From assembly GCA_033763905.1 (NCBI GenBank), contig JANRJP010000052.1, positions 1-64,000 of the forward strand: 64,000 nucleotides of DNA, read 5' to 3'. Each line of letters starts with the position of its first letter. Within the stretch, counting starts at the first letter, position 1. The DNA comes from Gemmatimonadaceae bacterium (GTDB taxonomy: Bacteria; Gemmatimonadota; Gemmatimonadetes; Gemmatimonadales; Gemmatimonadaceae). The notes beneath the pieces were generated by a model. The model did no database searches, had not been told where the DNA came from, and was given only the letters and a program-made list of their open reading frames with translations. Of this stretch, positions 45,280 through 54,433 are shown in pieces. The position numbers and the translations under genes are program-made.

Positions 45280-46769
45280 GTGGCCCCCAACATCGCGCGC
45301 CCGATCGCATCGCGATCCAGCGGCACCGCGCGGAGATGGCCGGCGTGCAGGACGAACATCCGGTCGGCCACCGACAGCACTTCGTCGAGATCGGCCGAGT
45401 ACATCACGACCGCCAGCCCGTGGTCTCGTGCCGATCGCAGTGCGTCCAGCACGGCAGCGGTCGCTCGGATATCGAGGCCACGGGTCGGGTTCTCGACGAC
45501 GAGCGCGGCAGGGGCGGGTTCGAGTTCGCGCGCGAGCACCAGCTTCTGCTGATTGCCTCCCGAGAGGGCGCGCCCCGGCAACGAGGCGTGGCGGCCGCGC
45601 ACGTCGTACCGCGTCATCAGCGACTGCGTGAACTCGGCGATCCTGCGCCACGGGAGTCGACCACGGGCGCGCCCGGCGCCCCGCAGGGCCACGGTCTCGA
45701 TCAGCGTTCCGTCGAGCAGCATCGCATCCTGATGGCGGTCTTCGGGGACGAAGCCCACGGCGTCGGGCAGCATCGCGCGCCCGCTCGTCGGCGCGAGACG
45801 ACCGCTCAATATCCGCAGCAGCTCACGTTGACCCGACCCCTCGACGGCGGCGACACCGACGATCTCGCCCGCGTGCACCACGCAGCGCGCGGGGTGCAGC
45901 CGCACGATGCCGGACGCATCGCGCCAGCCCGCGTCGTCGAGCGTGAGCACGGGGGCGCCAGCGGTGTCGGCGTGCGGCGCGCCCACGGGTGCGCCGCTCG
46001 CGACCGCGCGCGCCGTGGGTGATCCCTCGCCGAGCAAGGCAGCGACCAGGCTGTCGTGATCGAACGATGACCGGGGGCCGCTCCGGATCATTCGCCCGCG
46101 ACGCAACACCGTGATGTCATCCGCCACCTCGAGCGCGTCACCCAGCTTGTGGGTGATCAGCACCACACTGCCGCCTCGGGCCGCGAACTCGCGCATCCAC
46201 TGCAGGAGCTCGTGCGCCTCGGTCGGCGCGAGCACGGCGGTGGGTTCGTCGAGAATCAGCAGGGCGGCGTCGCGCGCGAGCGCCTTGACGATCTCGACCC
46301 GCTGTTGCGCGCCGACATCCAAATCGGCAACGCGCGCGCTGGCGTCGACGGCAAGTGCGGCGCGCGCGGCCGCGCGCTGCACGACCGCCGCGGCGGCTGG
46401 CGCCGAGTATCGACCGCGACCGCCCAACACCACGTTCTCGGCGACCGTCATTGCCGGCACCAGCGAGAAATGCTGGTGCACCATCCCGAGCCCGGCGGCG
46501 ATCGCATCCCGAGCCGAGGCGAAACGCACGATCCGGTCATCCAGTCGGATCTCGCCCGCGTCCGGTGGCACCATCCCGAACGCGACGCGCATCAGCGTGG
46601 TCTTCCCCGCCCCGTTTTCGCCGAGGAGCGCGTGCACGGTCCCGGGGCGCACCGCCAGCGACACGTCGTCGAGGGCTACGGCGCTGCCGAAGCGCTTGCT
46701 GATGCCCCGCAACTCGAGCGGGACGGCGCGCGGCGCCTCGGGCGCCGTCGCGCGGTCCAGTGCACTCAC
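45276..46769 (-). CDS. ABC transporter ATP-binding protein (double NBD, carbohydrate/nucleoside type)
   Basis: GENGAGKTT, HQHF, LILDEPT, ITHKL, PEDR, LSGGNQQK, NPTRGLD; GTG 46769. Confidence 0.93.
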   Translation of the reverse strand: MSALDRATAPEAPRAVPLELRGISKRFGSAVALDDVSLAVRPGTVHALLGENGAGKTTLMRVAFGMVPPDAGEIRLDDRIVRFASARDAIAAGLGMVHQHFSLVPAMTVAENVVLGGRGRYSAPAAAAVVQRAAARAALAVDASARVADLDVGAQQRVEIVKALARDAALLILDEPTAVLAPTEAHELLQWMREFAARGGSVVLITHKLGDALEVADDITVLRRGRMIRSGPRSSFDHDSLVAALLGEGSPTARAVASGAPVGAPHADTAGAPVLTLDDAGWRDASGIVRLHPARCVVHAGEIVGVAAVEGSGQRELLRILSGRLAPTSGRAMLPDAVGFVPEDRHQDAMLLDGTLIETVALRGAGRARGRLPWRRIAEFTQSLMTRYDVRGRHASLPGRALSGGNQQKLVLARELEPAPAALVVENPTRGLDIRATAAVLDALRSARDHGLAVVMYSADLDEVLSVADRMFVLHAGHLRAVPLDRDAIGRAMLGAT

Positions 46770-47551
46770 GTGCCGGTCGGTGTGGCGATGAACGCCCACG
46801 GGAGCCCGAACTCCGCGCTCAGCGCTTCTGCGAGCGCACTGACGCCCAGGGTCTCGGTGGCGTAGTGCCCGGCGTACATCACCACGATGCCGAGCTCGGG
46901 CGCCTCGACGGCGGTGTGGTGCGGCCCCTCGCCGGTGATCAGCGTGTCGATGCCCTGTGCGGCTGCGTCGCGCAGCGATTCACTCGACGCGCCGGCACCG
47001 GTGATGATCGCCCATCGCGTGGTGCGCCGTCCCGCGTCGATCGGCGTATGGACGACGGAGCCGCCGAAGGACGCGGAGAAGGCCTGCACTCGGCCGAGGA
47101 GCGCCGCCGTATCGACATCGGCGCTGCCTTGGACGCCGACGTGGATCGTCTGGAACTTCCCAAAGCCGGCGGTGGGCTCGAGCCCGAGGGTGCGCGCGAG
47201 CCGAGCGTTGTTGCCGTAGGTCGGATGCGCATCCAGTGGCAGGTGCGACCCGTACACGGCCACGTCGGCGCGGAGGAGGCGCTGTAGCCGCTCGTAGTGC
47301 ATACCGACGATGCGCTGGTTCCCGCCCCAGAAAAGGCCGTGATGCAGCACGAGGAAGTCGCAGCCGCCACCAATGGCGGCATCGATGGCCCGCTGCGACC
47401 CGTCGACCGCGGCCCCGATGCGATGCACGCGGCCGCGGTTGGCGAGCTGCAGCCCGTTGAGCGCCGGCGGGTAGTCGGGGATCTCGGCGGTTCGCAGCTG
47501 CGCGTCGCACCACGCCACGACCTCGGCGAGCGGGACGCTGCGGTCGGCCAT
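46766..47551 (-). CDS. Nif3-like dinuclear metal centre protein (DUF34/YbgI)
   Basis: DY..NGLQ, HHGLFW, HLPLDAHP..GNN, ITGEG, AGHYATE. Confidence 0.92.
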   Translation of the reverse strand: MADRSVPLAEVVAWCDAQLRTAEIPDYPPALNGLQLANRGRVHRIGAAVDGSQRAIDAAIGGGCDFLVLHHGLFWGGNQRIVGMHYERLQRLLRADVAVYGSHLPLDAHPTYGNNARLARTLGLEPTAGFGKFQTIHVGVQGSADVDTAALLGRVQAFSASFGGSVVHTPIDAGRRTTRWAIITGAGASSESLRDAAAQGIDTLITGEGPHHTAVEAPELGIVVMYAGHYATETLGVSALAEALSAEFGLPWAFIATPTGT

Positions 47552-47553
47552 CG

Positions 47554-48543
47554 TCAGTTAGCTCCCAGCGGAACCTGCAGGCGGCCGTCGAGCAGCTTGG
47601 CGCGCGTGGAGTCAATCGCGGTGCGCGTCGCGGCGGGGATGCGTGCCGCAAGCGAATCGTTGAGGACGAGCGACACGACGTCGGATTCCATGCCGAGGTT
47701 GATGACCCGCGGCGTGAACGCTCCGGCCTTCACTTCTTTGGCCACGAGCATCAAGGCGTGTGGGATGTCGATCACCACGGAGCCCAGCACAACATCGGGG
47801 GCCACACCATTCTGGTTGGCGTTGGATCCGATCACGTAGACCTGCTTCGATTCCCGTGCGGCTTGGAAGACGCCCAAGCCGGCGGCATCGGCGTTCTGGA
47901 AGATCACGTCTGCCTTCCGCCCGATCTGTGCCAGGGCTTGTTCCTTCCCGGCGCTCACGTCGTCCCACTTACCGAGGTAGCTCGTCAGCACCACGACATT
48001 CGGTTTGATCGACTTGGCGCCGGCCGCGAAGGCCTCGAAGCTCTTCTTGACCGGCGGCAGTTCGGTGCCACCGATGCACCCGAGCACATTGGTGCTGCTC
48101 ATCGTCGCCGCCAGCATACCGGCGAGGTAGCTCGACTGCTCGAACGCGAAGTTCATCCCCGCCACGTTCGCGGCGACCGTCGTGCCAGACGTGGTGACGA
48201 AGTAGGTCTTCGGGAACTGCGGCGCCACGCGGACTGCGGCGTCCTGATACTCGAAGCCGTGGCCGAAGACGAGTTGGAAGCCCTGCGCGCCATACTGCCG
48301 GAAGTTCTCCTCGAACTCGGCGGGCGTCTTGGTCTGGATGTGGCTGACCTGCGCGCCGAGCGAATCCTTGATGCGCTGGAGGCCGGCGTACGCACCGCCG
48401 TTCCACGATTGGTCGGAGATCGGACCGGGTGTGAGCAACGCGACGCGGAAGGTGGTCGCGTCGGTCGCGGTGTCCTTGGGTGCGCTACACGCGATCAGGA
48501 AGAACGCAGCGCCAGCGAGGGCATGGCGTGCAAGGTGGAGCAT
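47554..48543 (-). CDS. BMP family ABC substrate-binding lipoprotein
   Basis: Lipobox LIAC; PGPISDQSWN, GHGFEY, SYLAG, ADVIF. Confidence 0.92.
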   Translation of the reverse strand: MLHLARHALAGAAFFLIACSAPKDTATDATTFRVALLTPGPISDQSWNGGAYAGLQRIKDSLGAQVSHIQTKTPAEFEENFRQYGAQGFQLVFGHGFEYQDAAVRVAPQFPKTYFVTTSGTTVAANVAGMNFAFEQSSYLAGMLAATMSSTNVLGCIGGTELPPVKKSFEAFAAGAKSIKPNVVVLTSYLGKWDDVSAGKEQALAQIGRKADVIFQNADAAGLGVFQAARESKQVYVIGSNANQNGVAPDVVLGSVVIDIPHALMLVAKEVKAGAFTPRVINLGMESDVVSLVLNDSLAARIPAATRTAIDSTRAKLLDGRLQVPLGAN

Positions 48544-48568
48544 CGGCAGTTCCGCCAGCAGTGAAGGG

Positions 48569-49519
48569 TCAGTAGGACGAATGCTCGGGACCGACAATCA
48601 GTTCAAGCACCCGGTCCAGATCCTCGGGTCCGTAGAAGGCGATGGTAATGGCCCCGCGGTCCGGGCCCGTGGCCGCGACGCTCACGTCGGTCTGCAGGCG
48701 GCGACGCAGGGCGTCGGCGGCGCGCTTGAGTTCGGCGGTCGCGGCCGTCGCGGGTCCCGTCGTCGGGGCCGAGGGGCGCGAGGGCTCCTTCTTGCCACTC
48801 TGCGCCGCGCGTGACGAGGGTTGTTCTCGCGCGACCTTTTCGACTTCGCGCACCGACAGGCCTTCGTCGACCGCGCGCCGCGCGAGGGCGAGCAGTTGGC
48901 GTTCGTCGCGCACCGTGAGTAGCGCCTTGGCGTGTCCGAGCGAGAGCGTCGTCTGACGCACGAGCGTCTGCACACCGGATGGGAGCGACAGCAGGCGCAG
49001 CAGATTGGCCACGGTGGAGCGATCCTTCCCCACGGCTTCTGCGACTTCGGCCTGCGTAAGCCCGAAGTCATCCATCAGCTGCTGATAGCCTTCGGCCTCT
49101 TCCATCGGATTGAGGTCGGCGCGCTGGAGGTTTTCGACGAGGGCGAGCGTGAGCAGCGTCTTGTCGTCGAGTTCCTTGATGAGCGCCGGAATCTCGGTCC
49201 ACCCCAGCCGAGTCGCGGCGCGGAAGCGACGTTCGCCCGCGACGAGTTCGTAGCCCTGGCCGTTGGGCGCAGGGCGTACCGTGACGGGCTGCAGCAGGCC
49301 GTTGGCCTTGAGCGAGGCTTCGAGTTCGGCGAGTTCTTCGGGCCGGAACGTCTTGCGGGGCTGGTACGGATTGGGCCGAATACTCGCGATCGGGAGCTTG
49401 CCGTCACTGGCGCGCGGCGCAGCGTCACCTCGCGTCGGCGCGGCGGGCGGCGTGATGGTTGGCGCACTGCCAAGCAGGGCTTCGAGGCCGCGGCCGAGTC
49501 GTCGTGGCTTGTCGGTCAT
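48569..49519 (-). CDS. parB: Chromosome partitioning protein ParB
   Basis: LGRGLEALL, PNPYQPR, GLLQP, AGERRFRA, ENLQRADL, GKDRSTVANLLRLL. Confidence 0.96.
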   Translation of the reverse strand: MTDKPRRLGRGLEALLGSAPTITPPAAPTRGDAAPRASDGKLPIASIRPNPYQPRKTFRPEELAELEASLKANGLLQPVTVRPAPNGQGYELVAGERRFRAATRLGWTEIPALIKELDDKTLLTLALVENLQRADLNPMEEAEGYQQLMDDFGLTQAEVAEAVGKDRSTVANLLRLLSLPSGVQTLVRQTTLSLGHAKALLTVRDERQLLALARRAVDEGLSVREVEKVAREQPSSRAAQSGKKEPSRPSAPTTGPATAATAELKRAADALRRRLQTDVSVAATGPDRGAITIAFYGPEDLDRVLELIVGPEHSSY

Positions 49520-50325
49520 ACGGTGGGCTCTGCGGCGGAGAGTCGTTCGGCGGCACCCGCGGCCGTGCGCGTCATCAGTTCGCGCGCGACCTGCATATAG
49601 CCCTGCGCGCCGACGGATTGGAGATCGTACAGGATGATCGGTTTGCCGAAGCTTGGTGCTTCAGCCAGGCGAATGTTCCGCGGGATGATGGCGTCGAAGA
49701 CCTTCTGTCCGAAGTACTCACGGGCCTCGGTGGCGACCTGTTTGGAGAGGTTGAGGCGGTGGTCGTACATCGTGAGCAGGACTCCGTCGATGGCGAGGGT
49801 CGGATTGACCGCTTGCTGGACGAGATGGACGGTGTTGAGGAGCTGCGAGATGCCTTCGAGGGCGTAGTACTCGCACTGGAGCGGAATGAGCAGGGCGTCA
49901 GCCGCGGCGAGCATATTGAGGGTAATGAGGCCGAGCGAGGGCGGACAATCGATCAGTATGTAGTCATACTGGCGCTTTACTGGCTCGATTGCGTCGCGCA
50001 TTTTGCGCTCTCGCCCTTCACGGTCGACCAGCTCGACCTCGGCGCCCGCCAGATCCGGTGTCGCCGGAACCACATCCAGGTGCGTGAACTGCACGTTCCG
50101 CCACGTCGCATCGGCAATCGTGCACTCGCCAATCAAGACGTCATACGTCGTCCGCTCGACCTGATCGCGCGACAAGCCAACGCCGCTCGTGGCGTTCCCC
50201 TGCGGATCGCCGTCAATCAGCAACGTCCGCTGCTCGGCGACCGCAAGACTCGCCGCAAGGTTCACCGCGGTCGTCGTCTTGCCGACTCCACCCTTCTGAT
50301 TGGCGATCGCAATTACCCTGGCCAC
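49516..50325 (-). CDS. parA: Chromosome partitioning ATPase ParA/Soj
   Basis: NQKGGVGKTT, DPQGNAT, DCPPSLG, PLQCEYYALEG, RLAEAPSFG; GGAGAG Shine-Dalgarno before GTG 50325. Confidence 0.96.
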   Translation of the reverse strand: MARVIAIANQKGGVGKTTTAVNLAASLAVAEQRTLLIDGDPQGNATSGVGLSRDQVERTTYDVLIGECTIADATWRNVQFTHLDVVPATPDLAGAEVELVDREGRERKMRDAIEPVKRQYDYILIDCPPSLGLITLNMLAAADALLIPLQCEYYALEGISQLLNTVHLVQQAVNPTLAIDGVLLTMYDHRLNLSKQVATEAREYFGQKVFDAIIPRNIRLAEAPSFGKPIILYDLQSVGAQGYMQVARELMTRTAAGAAERLSAAEPTV

Positions 50326-50459
50326 GGCACTCTCCGGTCGTGCTGAAGTATACTCGCTCCCGACCTGCACGAGACGCGCCGACCGGTCAGTCGCAACACC
50401 TCGGAACGCCCGAACCGCCTCCGCAACCAGGCACGGGGCCGTCGAATGGTGTGGAAATG

Positions 50460-50475
50460 TGTTCCACGTGGAACA
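50460..50475. promoter_or_regulatory. parS centromere-like site
   Basis: Perfect 16-bp palindrome TGTTCCACGTGGAACA, 135 bp upstream of parA. Confidence 0.93.
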
Positions 50476-50550
50476 ATCCACATTTCTCCACGGGGACAAA
50501 TCGCCACTTATGCACCGCCGTCCACATCGACGGCGCTGCCAAGAACCCGA

Positions 50551-51285
50551 CTACCGCGGGAACGGGATGAAACGCCAGCGGGCCGACACGCGCGCCGAGA
50601 GCGTCTGCGAGCCACCCATCACTGGCGTCGGCGCCGAGTCGCCCGCTGCCATTGCGCGCATCAGCTTCGGGCTCTCGAACACCGGCACCGCGAAATCCTG
50701 CGTGGACAGCTCGATCAGTGCTCCCAACTGACCGCCCGCAGCCTTCGCCATCAGTTCCGCGTCCGCCTTCGCCTGCTCGACCGCGTTGGCCAGCGCCTCT
50801 CGGCGAGCCGTCCCCATCGTGGACGACGTGAGGTCGAGCGAGCTGATGCTGTTAGCACCCTTCGCCAGCGCCGCATCGATCACCGCCGGCGTGCGCTCGA
50901 GCTTCGCAATCCGTACGCGCACACTGTTCCGCACGACGTAGCCAACGACCTTCGACACCCGATCCTTGGCGTCCCACTGCTGCTCGGGATACACCGAGTA
51001 ATCGAGCGTCGTGATGTCCTCGGCAGGGACTCCCGCCGACCGAATGGCATCGATCACACTGCGCGTCGTCCGGGCATTCTCGGTGCCCGCCACCGCGGCA
51101 GTCGCGCGCCGAGTCTCCACGGCAAAGACAGCCATCGCCTGATCCGGGGTCACCTTCACGTCGCCCTGCGCGCTCACCACGATCTGCGCGACATCACCCG
51201 CGCCCGACTGCCCGGCCGCTTGCCCTGGCGCGCCAACCCCGGCGGCCAACACCAAGCCCACCACCCAGACGGCTCGACGCCACAT
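50551..51285 (-). CDS. SIMPL/DUF541 periplasmic protein
   Basis: VSAQGDVKVTPD, YSVYPE, GYVVRN, GANSI, AREALANAVEQAKADA. Confidence 0.88.
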   Translation of the reverse strand: MWRRAVWVVGLVLAAGVGAPGQAAGQSGAGDVAQIVVSAQGDVKVTPDQAMAVFAVETRRATAAVAGTENARTTRSVIDAIRSAGVPAEDITTLDYSVYPEQQWDAKDRVSKVVGYVVRNSVRVRIAKLERTPAVIDAALAKGANSISSLDLTSSTMGTARREALANAVEQAKADAELMAKAAGGQLGALIELSTQDFAVPVFESPKLMRAMAAGDSAPTPVMGGSQTLSARVSARWRFIPFPR

Positions 51286-51468
51286 CGGGATGTGCAGCGG
51301 GGCGCTCGCGGCAACAATGCGAAAAACGACGTTCGGCAGCTTGGCACGCATAAATCGAGTGGCTCGGCAGTGAGTCCGGCGGGGTTGCCCGCCGACGAGG
51401 GGACGCACATCGTCCCCCACACGTCACGCTCGCACCACGCGAGCGGCGCTCTCTTCCCTACCCCACCA

Positions 51469-51753
51469 ATGCCGCTTCCGATCGCCGACGGGCATCCGAC
51501 CCTGTTCATCAGCCGCACCGCATTCGAACGCGTCGGCTTGCAGCGATCCGCCATTGACGACCGACTCGGCCTCACCGACGACGAGTTCCGCGTCGAAGGG
51601 CAACTCGTGGCCATCGGCCCCATTCACGATGACGACGCGTTCGAAGAGCTGATGGCCGACCTCGAACAGCTCGGGCTCGTCTACTTCGACGACTACTTCG
51701 AGCTCAGCGGCAACTGGCCCGAGTGGCTGCGCATCTTCGCAGCATCCACGTAA
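51469..51753 (+). CDS. Hypothetical acidic protein (94 aa)
   Basis: MPLPIADGHPTLFISRTAFER...GLVYFDDYFELSGNWPEWL; strongly biased GC3 codons. Confidence 0.7.
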   Translation: MPLPIADGHPTLFISRTAFERVGLQRSAIDDRLGLTDDEFRVEGQLVAIGPIHDDDAFEELMADLEQLGLVYFDDYFELSGNWPEWLRIFAAST

Positions 51754-51995
51754 GGGACGCGCTTCAGTAACCCTTCCCAGCCACATCCCGTACACCAGCT
51801 CGTTCGGAACCACGGCAGGAGGGTGTTCCACCCGCGCGAGGCCACCGGCAAGGTGTCAGCGTCGCAGTGCGGGCAACGCACTCCTTCGGGGAGCAGCCAC
51901 AAAAAGATCCACGTGGCAGCGATCACCCGAAGGAGTGCCAACCCACCGATGACGCCAATGAAGATCAGCGCATCGGTGAGAAAGGAGTCGGTCAC
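51693..51995 (-). CDS. Small membrane protein with a CxxC...CxxC zinc-ribbon
   Basis: GTG 51995 overlaps the upstream stop; hydrophobic N-terminus, then RCPHCD...WCTGCGWEG. Confidence 0.62.
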   Translation of the reverse strand: MTDSFLTDALIFIGVIGGLALLRVIAATWIFLWLLPEGVRCPHCDADTLPVASRGWNTLLPWFRTSWCTGCGWEGLLKRVPYVDAAKMRSHSGQLPLSSK

Positions 51996-52948
51996 TTCCC
52001 GAGATGCTTGCGGAAGAACCCGACCGTCTTCGGCCAAGCCAACTTCGCAGCCGCGAGGTTGGCGCCATTCATCCCCTCCTGCCCGCGCAGGAAGCCGTGA
52101 CCCGCGCCGGCGTACATCTGCCAGTCGTACGAACGGCCGAGTGCCTTGAGGGTGCTGTCGGCCGGCGCAATGGTGGCGTTGACCCGCGCATCCATCTCGC
52201 CGTAAAGACCCAGCACCGGCGCACGAACACTGGCCAAGTCCGCATTCGACGGCGAGGTCCCGTAGTACACCACCGCCGCGCCCAACGACGGATTGAAGAC
52301 CGCGTGGTTGAAGCTTGTCGAGCCGCCCCAGCAAAAGCCGACAATGCCGTACTTGTCCTTCTTCGCGGCCGGCAAACGCATCCCGTACTCGCCGATCGCC
52401 TTCAGCTGCGCCTGCACCACCTTGGGGTCCAGTGTGCGAATCGTCTGCGTCGCCAACTGCGGCGCTGAGTCCGGCGTCGCTGGGCTGATCTTCCCAGTCA
52501 TCAGATCCGGCGCGATCGCAATGAACCCGTCCGCCGCCAACTGGTCCGCCACACCACGGATCCAGGTCGTCAGCCCGAAGATCTCGTGCACCACCAACAC
52601 GACCGGTGCCTTGTCACGCCGCTCCGGAAAGACCACCCAAGCAGCGATCGAATCACCCGGATTCACTCCTGTCGCTATTTTGACGTACTCGTGATGCCTT
52701 TGTGTCTTTGAAACTCGCTCGCTAGCACCAGATGCACCGGCGGGAATCGACGGATCTTGCAGCACTGGAACGACCGGGTCGGCATCCGACGCCGACGAGC
52801 CCAGTACCGACATTGTGGCCATCCCGTGGTCCGCGTGGGGATCCACGGTCGCCGAGCTGGCCGGGGACTTCGACCGAGCGCCAGCGACGGCACCGGCGGC
52901 GAACACGGCTGCCGCGCCTACGATCTGCCACGTACGAATGCGCACCAT
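51992..52948 (-). CDS. Dienelactone hydrolase family protein, exported
   Basis: VVHEIFGL, IAPDL, GFCWGG, YYG, AGHGF; N-terminal signal segment. Confidence 0.92.
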   Translation of the reverse strand: MVRIRTWQIVGAAAVFAAGAVAGARSKSPASSATVDPHADHGMATMSVLGSSASDADPVVPVLQDPSIPAGASGASERVSKTQRHHEYVKIATGVNPGDSIAAWVVFPERRDKAPVVLVVHEIFGLTTWIRGVADQLAADGFIAIAPDLMTGKISPATPDSAPQLATQTIRTLDPKVVQAQLKAIGEYGMRLPAAKKDKYGIVGFCWGGSTSFNHAVFNPSLGAAVVYYGTSPSNADLASVRAPVLGLYGEMDARVNATIAPADSTLKALGRSYDWQMYAGAGHGFLRGQEGMNGANLAAAKLAWPKTVGFFRKHLGK

Positions 52949-52993
52949 TTCACTACTCCGCAAAAAAGGGACACCCGCCGATCGACGTCAGGA

Positions 52994-54016
52994 CTATGCG
53001 ACGGACACTGTCGACTCCGCTATGGCAGCGGCGGATCCGAGCTGTGCGCCCAGCCAGTCCAGGACGCGGCGCTCCATCCAGTAGTCGGTCGACCACGGGT
53101 GACGTCCCGCGATGAAGCCGATATGCCCACCGCGCTTCGGGAAGTCCAACGTCAACGCGTGATTCCCTTTGGCTGCTGCGCGAACGTCGTCCAGCACGGC
53201 ACGCGGCAGGAACGGATCATCCTGCGCGTTGAGCAACAGTGCTGGGCGACGAATGCCGTGCAGAAAACGAATCGAGCTCGACTGGGTGTAGTAATCGAGG
53301 GCGCCGGTGAACCCGTGAATGGGCCCGGTCACGTATTCGTCGAACGTCCAGAGGGAATCGATCGCATCGAGCTTGGCTGGATCGACGAGATCCGGAAAGC
53401 GCGCCAGCTTCGCGCGCGTCTTCTCGACCAGCGTCTTCAGGAAGAACTTCGCGTAGACGCGACGAATACCCGAGTCGATATACCGTGACGCACGGAGCAG
53501 GTCGTACGGCACGCTGATCGCCGCGGCGGCACGCACTTGCGGCGGTAGTGCGTCGCCGTGCTCGCCCATCCATTTCAGCAGCACGTTCCCGCCGAGCGAG
53601 ATGCCGACCAGCACGATCGGCTCATCGGGGTGCTCGGCGCAGAGGCGTTCGATGACGAACTGCGTGTCGGTGGTTTCGCCGCTGTGATAGGCGCGGCGCA
53701 CCTTGTTCACCGGACGTTCGCGGTCACAGGTGCGCCACACGACCAACTCGCCGTGCCAGCCGCGACGGGCGGCCTGATCGAGCAGTCCCTGGGTATAGGG
53801 GGAATGGGGACCGCCTTCCAATCCGTGCAGCACGACCAGCCGCGGGGCACCCGGGCGGCCGGTGAGCCGATGCAGCGTCAGGTCGTCCCCATCTGGGGTC
53901 TCCCACCGTTCGGCCCTGGTGGGCGGGGTGGGAATCTCCCGAAAGAACTTGCCGTACATCGTCGGCAGGTGTGGCCCAGGGAGCCACCACGCGGGTCGGA
54001 AATCGGAGGAGATCAT
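52994..54016 (-). CDS. YheT-like alpha/beta hydrolase
   Basis: PGPHLPT, TPDGD, LHGLEG, YHSG, GISLGG, DDPF, GGHIGF. Confidence 0.92.
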   Translation of the reverse strand: MISSDFRPAWWLPGPHLPTMYGKFFREIPTPPTRAERWETPDGDDLTLHRLTGRPGAPRLVVLHGLEGGPHSPYTQGLLDQAARRGWHGELVVWRTCDRERPVNKVRRAYHSGETTDTQFVIERLCAEHPDEPIVLVGISLGGNVLLKWMGEHGDALPPQVRAAAAISVPYDLLRASRYIDSGIRRVYAKFFLKTLVEKTRAKLARFPDLVDPAKLDAIDSLWTFDEYVTGPIHGFTGALDYYTQSSSIRFLHGIRRPALLLNAQDDPFLPRAVLDDVRAAAKGNHALTLDFPKRGGHIGFIAGRHPWSTDYWMERRVLDWLGAQLGSAAAIAESTVSVA

Positions 54017-54079
54017 CGTGTCGCTAGATTACCCGGCAAACGTTCCGTACGCCTGATCGTTTCCCACCCCTCGCGTCCC

Positions 54080-54433
54080 GTGACGATCCAGATCTTCGGG
54101 TCGAAGAAGTCACCTGATGTCCGGAAGGCCCTCCGATTCTTCGCTGAGCGTCGAATCGCGGTCCATTTCGTCGATTTCGCGGAGCGGGGGATGGCCAAGG
54201 GAGAATTGGGGCGCTTCGTCCAGAAGTTTGGCGTGGCCGCTCTGGTGGACCGCAATGCGAAGCGCTTCGCCGAGCTGGGGCTTGGGTCCTCAGTGCTCAG
54301 CGATGCCCGATGGGAGGCCAAACTGCTCGACGAACCGATGTTGCTCCGCCAGCCGCTGGTGCGCCACCAGCACCAGCTCACCGTGGGCGAAGCCGAAGGC
54401 ACGTGGAAGGCCTGGATTGAGGCGGCCAAGTGA
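54080..54433 (+). CDS. ArsC/Spx/MgsR family protein
   Basis: IQIFGSKKSPDVRKALRFFAER, PMLLRQPLVR; no cysteine. Confidence 0.82.
   Translation: MTIQIFGSKKSPDVRKALRFFAERRIAVHFVDFAERGMAKGELGRFVQKFGVAALVDRNAKRFAELGLGSSVLSDARWEAKLLDEPMLLRQPLVRHQHQLTVGEAEGTWKAWIEAAK

Noticed and set aside
51342..51358. Sigma54-like TTGGCACGCATAAATC upstream of the 94-aa ORF
   Set aside because: Good -24 half but no GC at -12.
54380..54432. yybP-ykoY manganese riboswitch before terC/alx
   Set aside because: terC overlaps the upstream gene stop (GTGA), so there is no leader to hold it.
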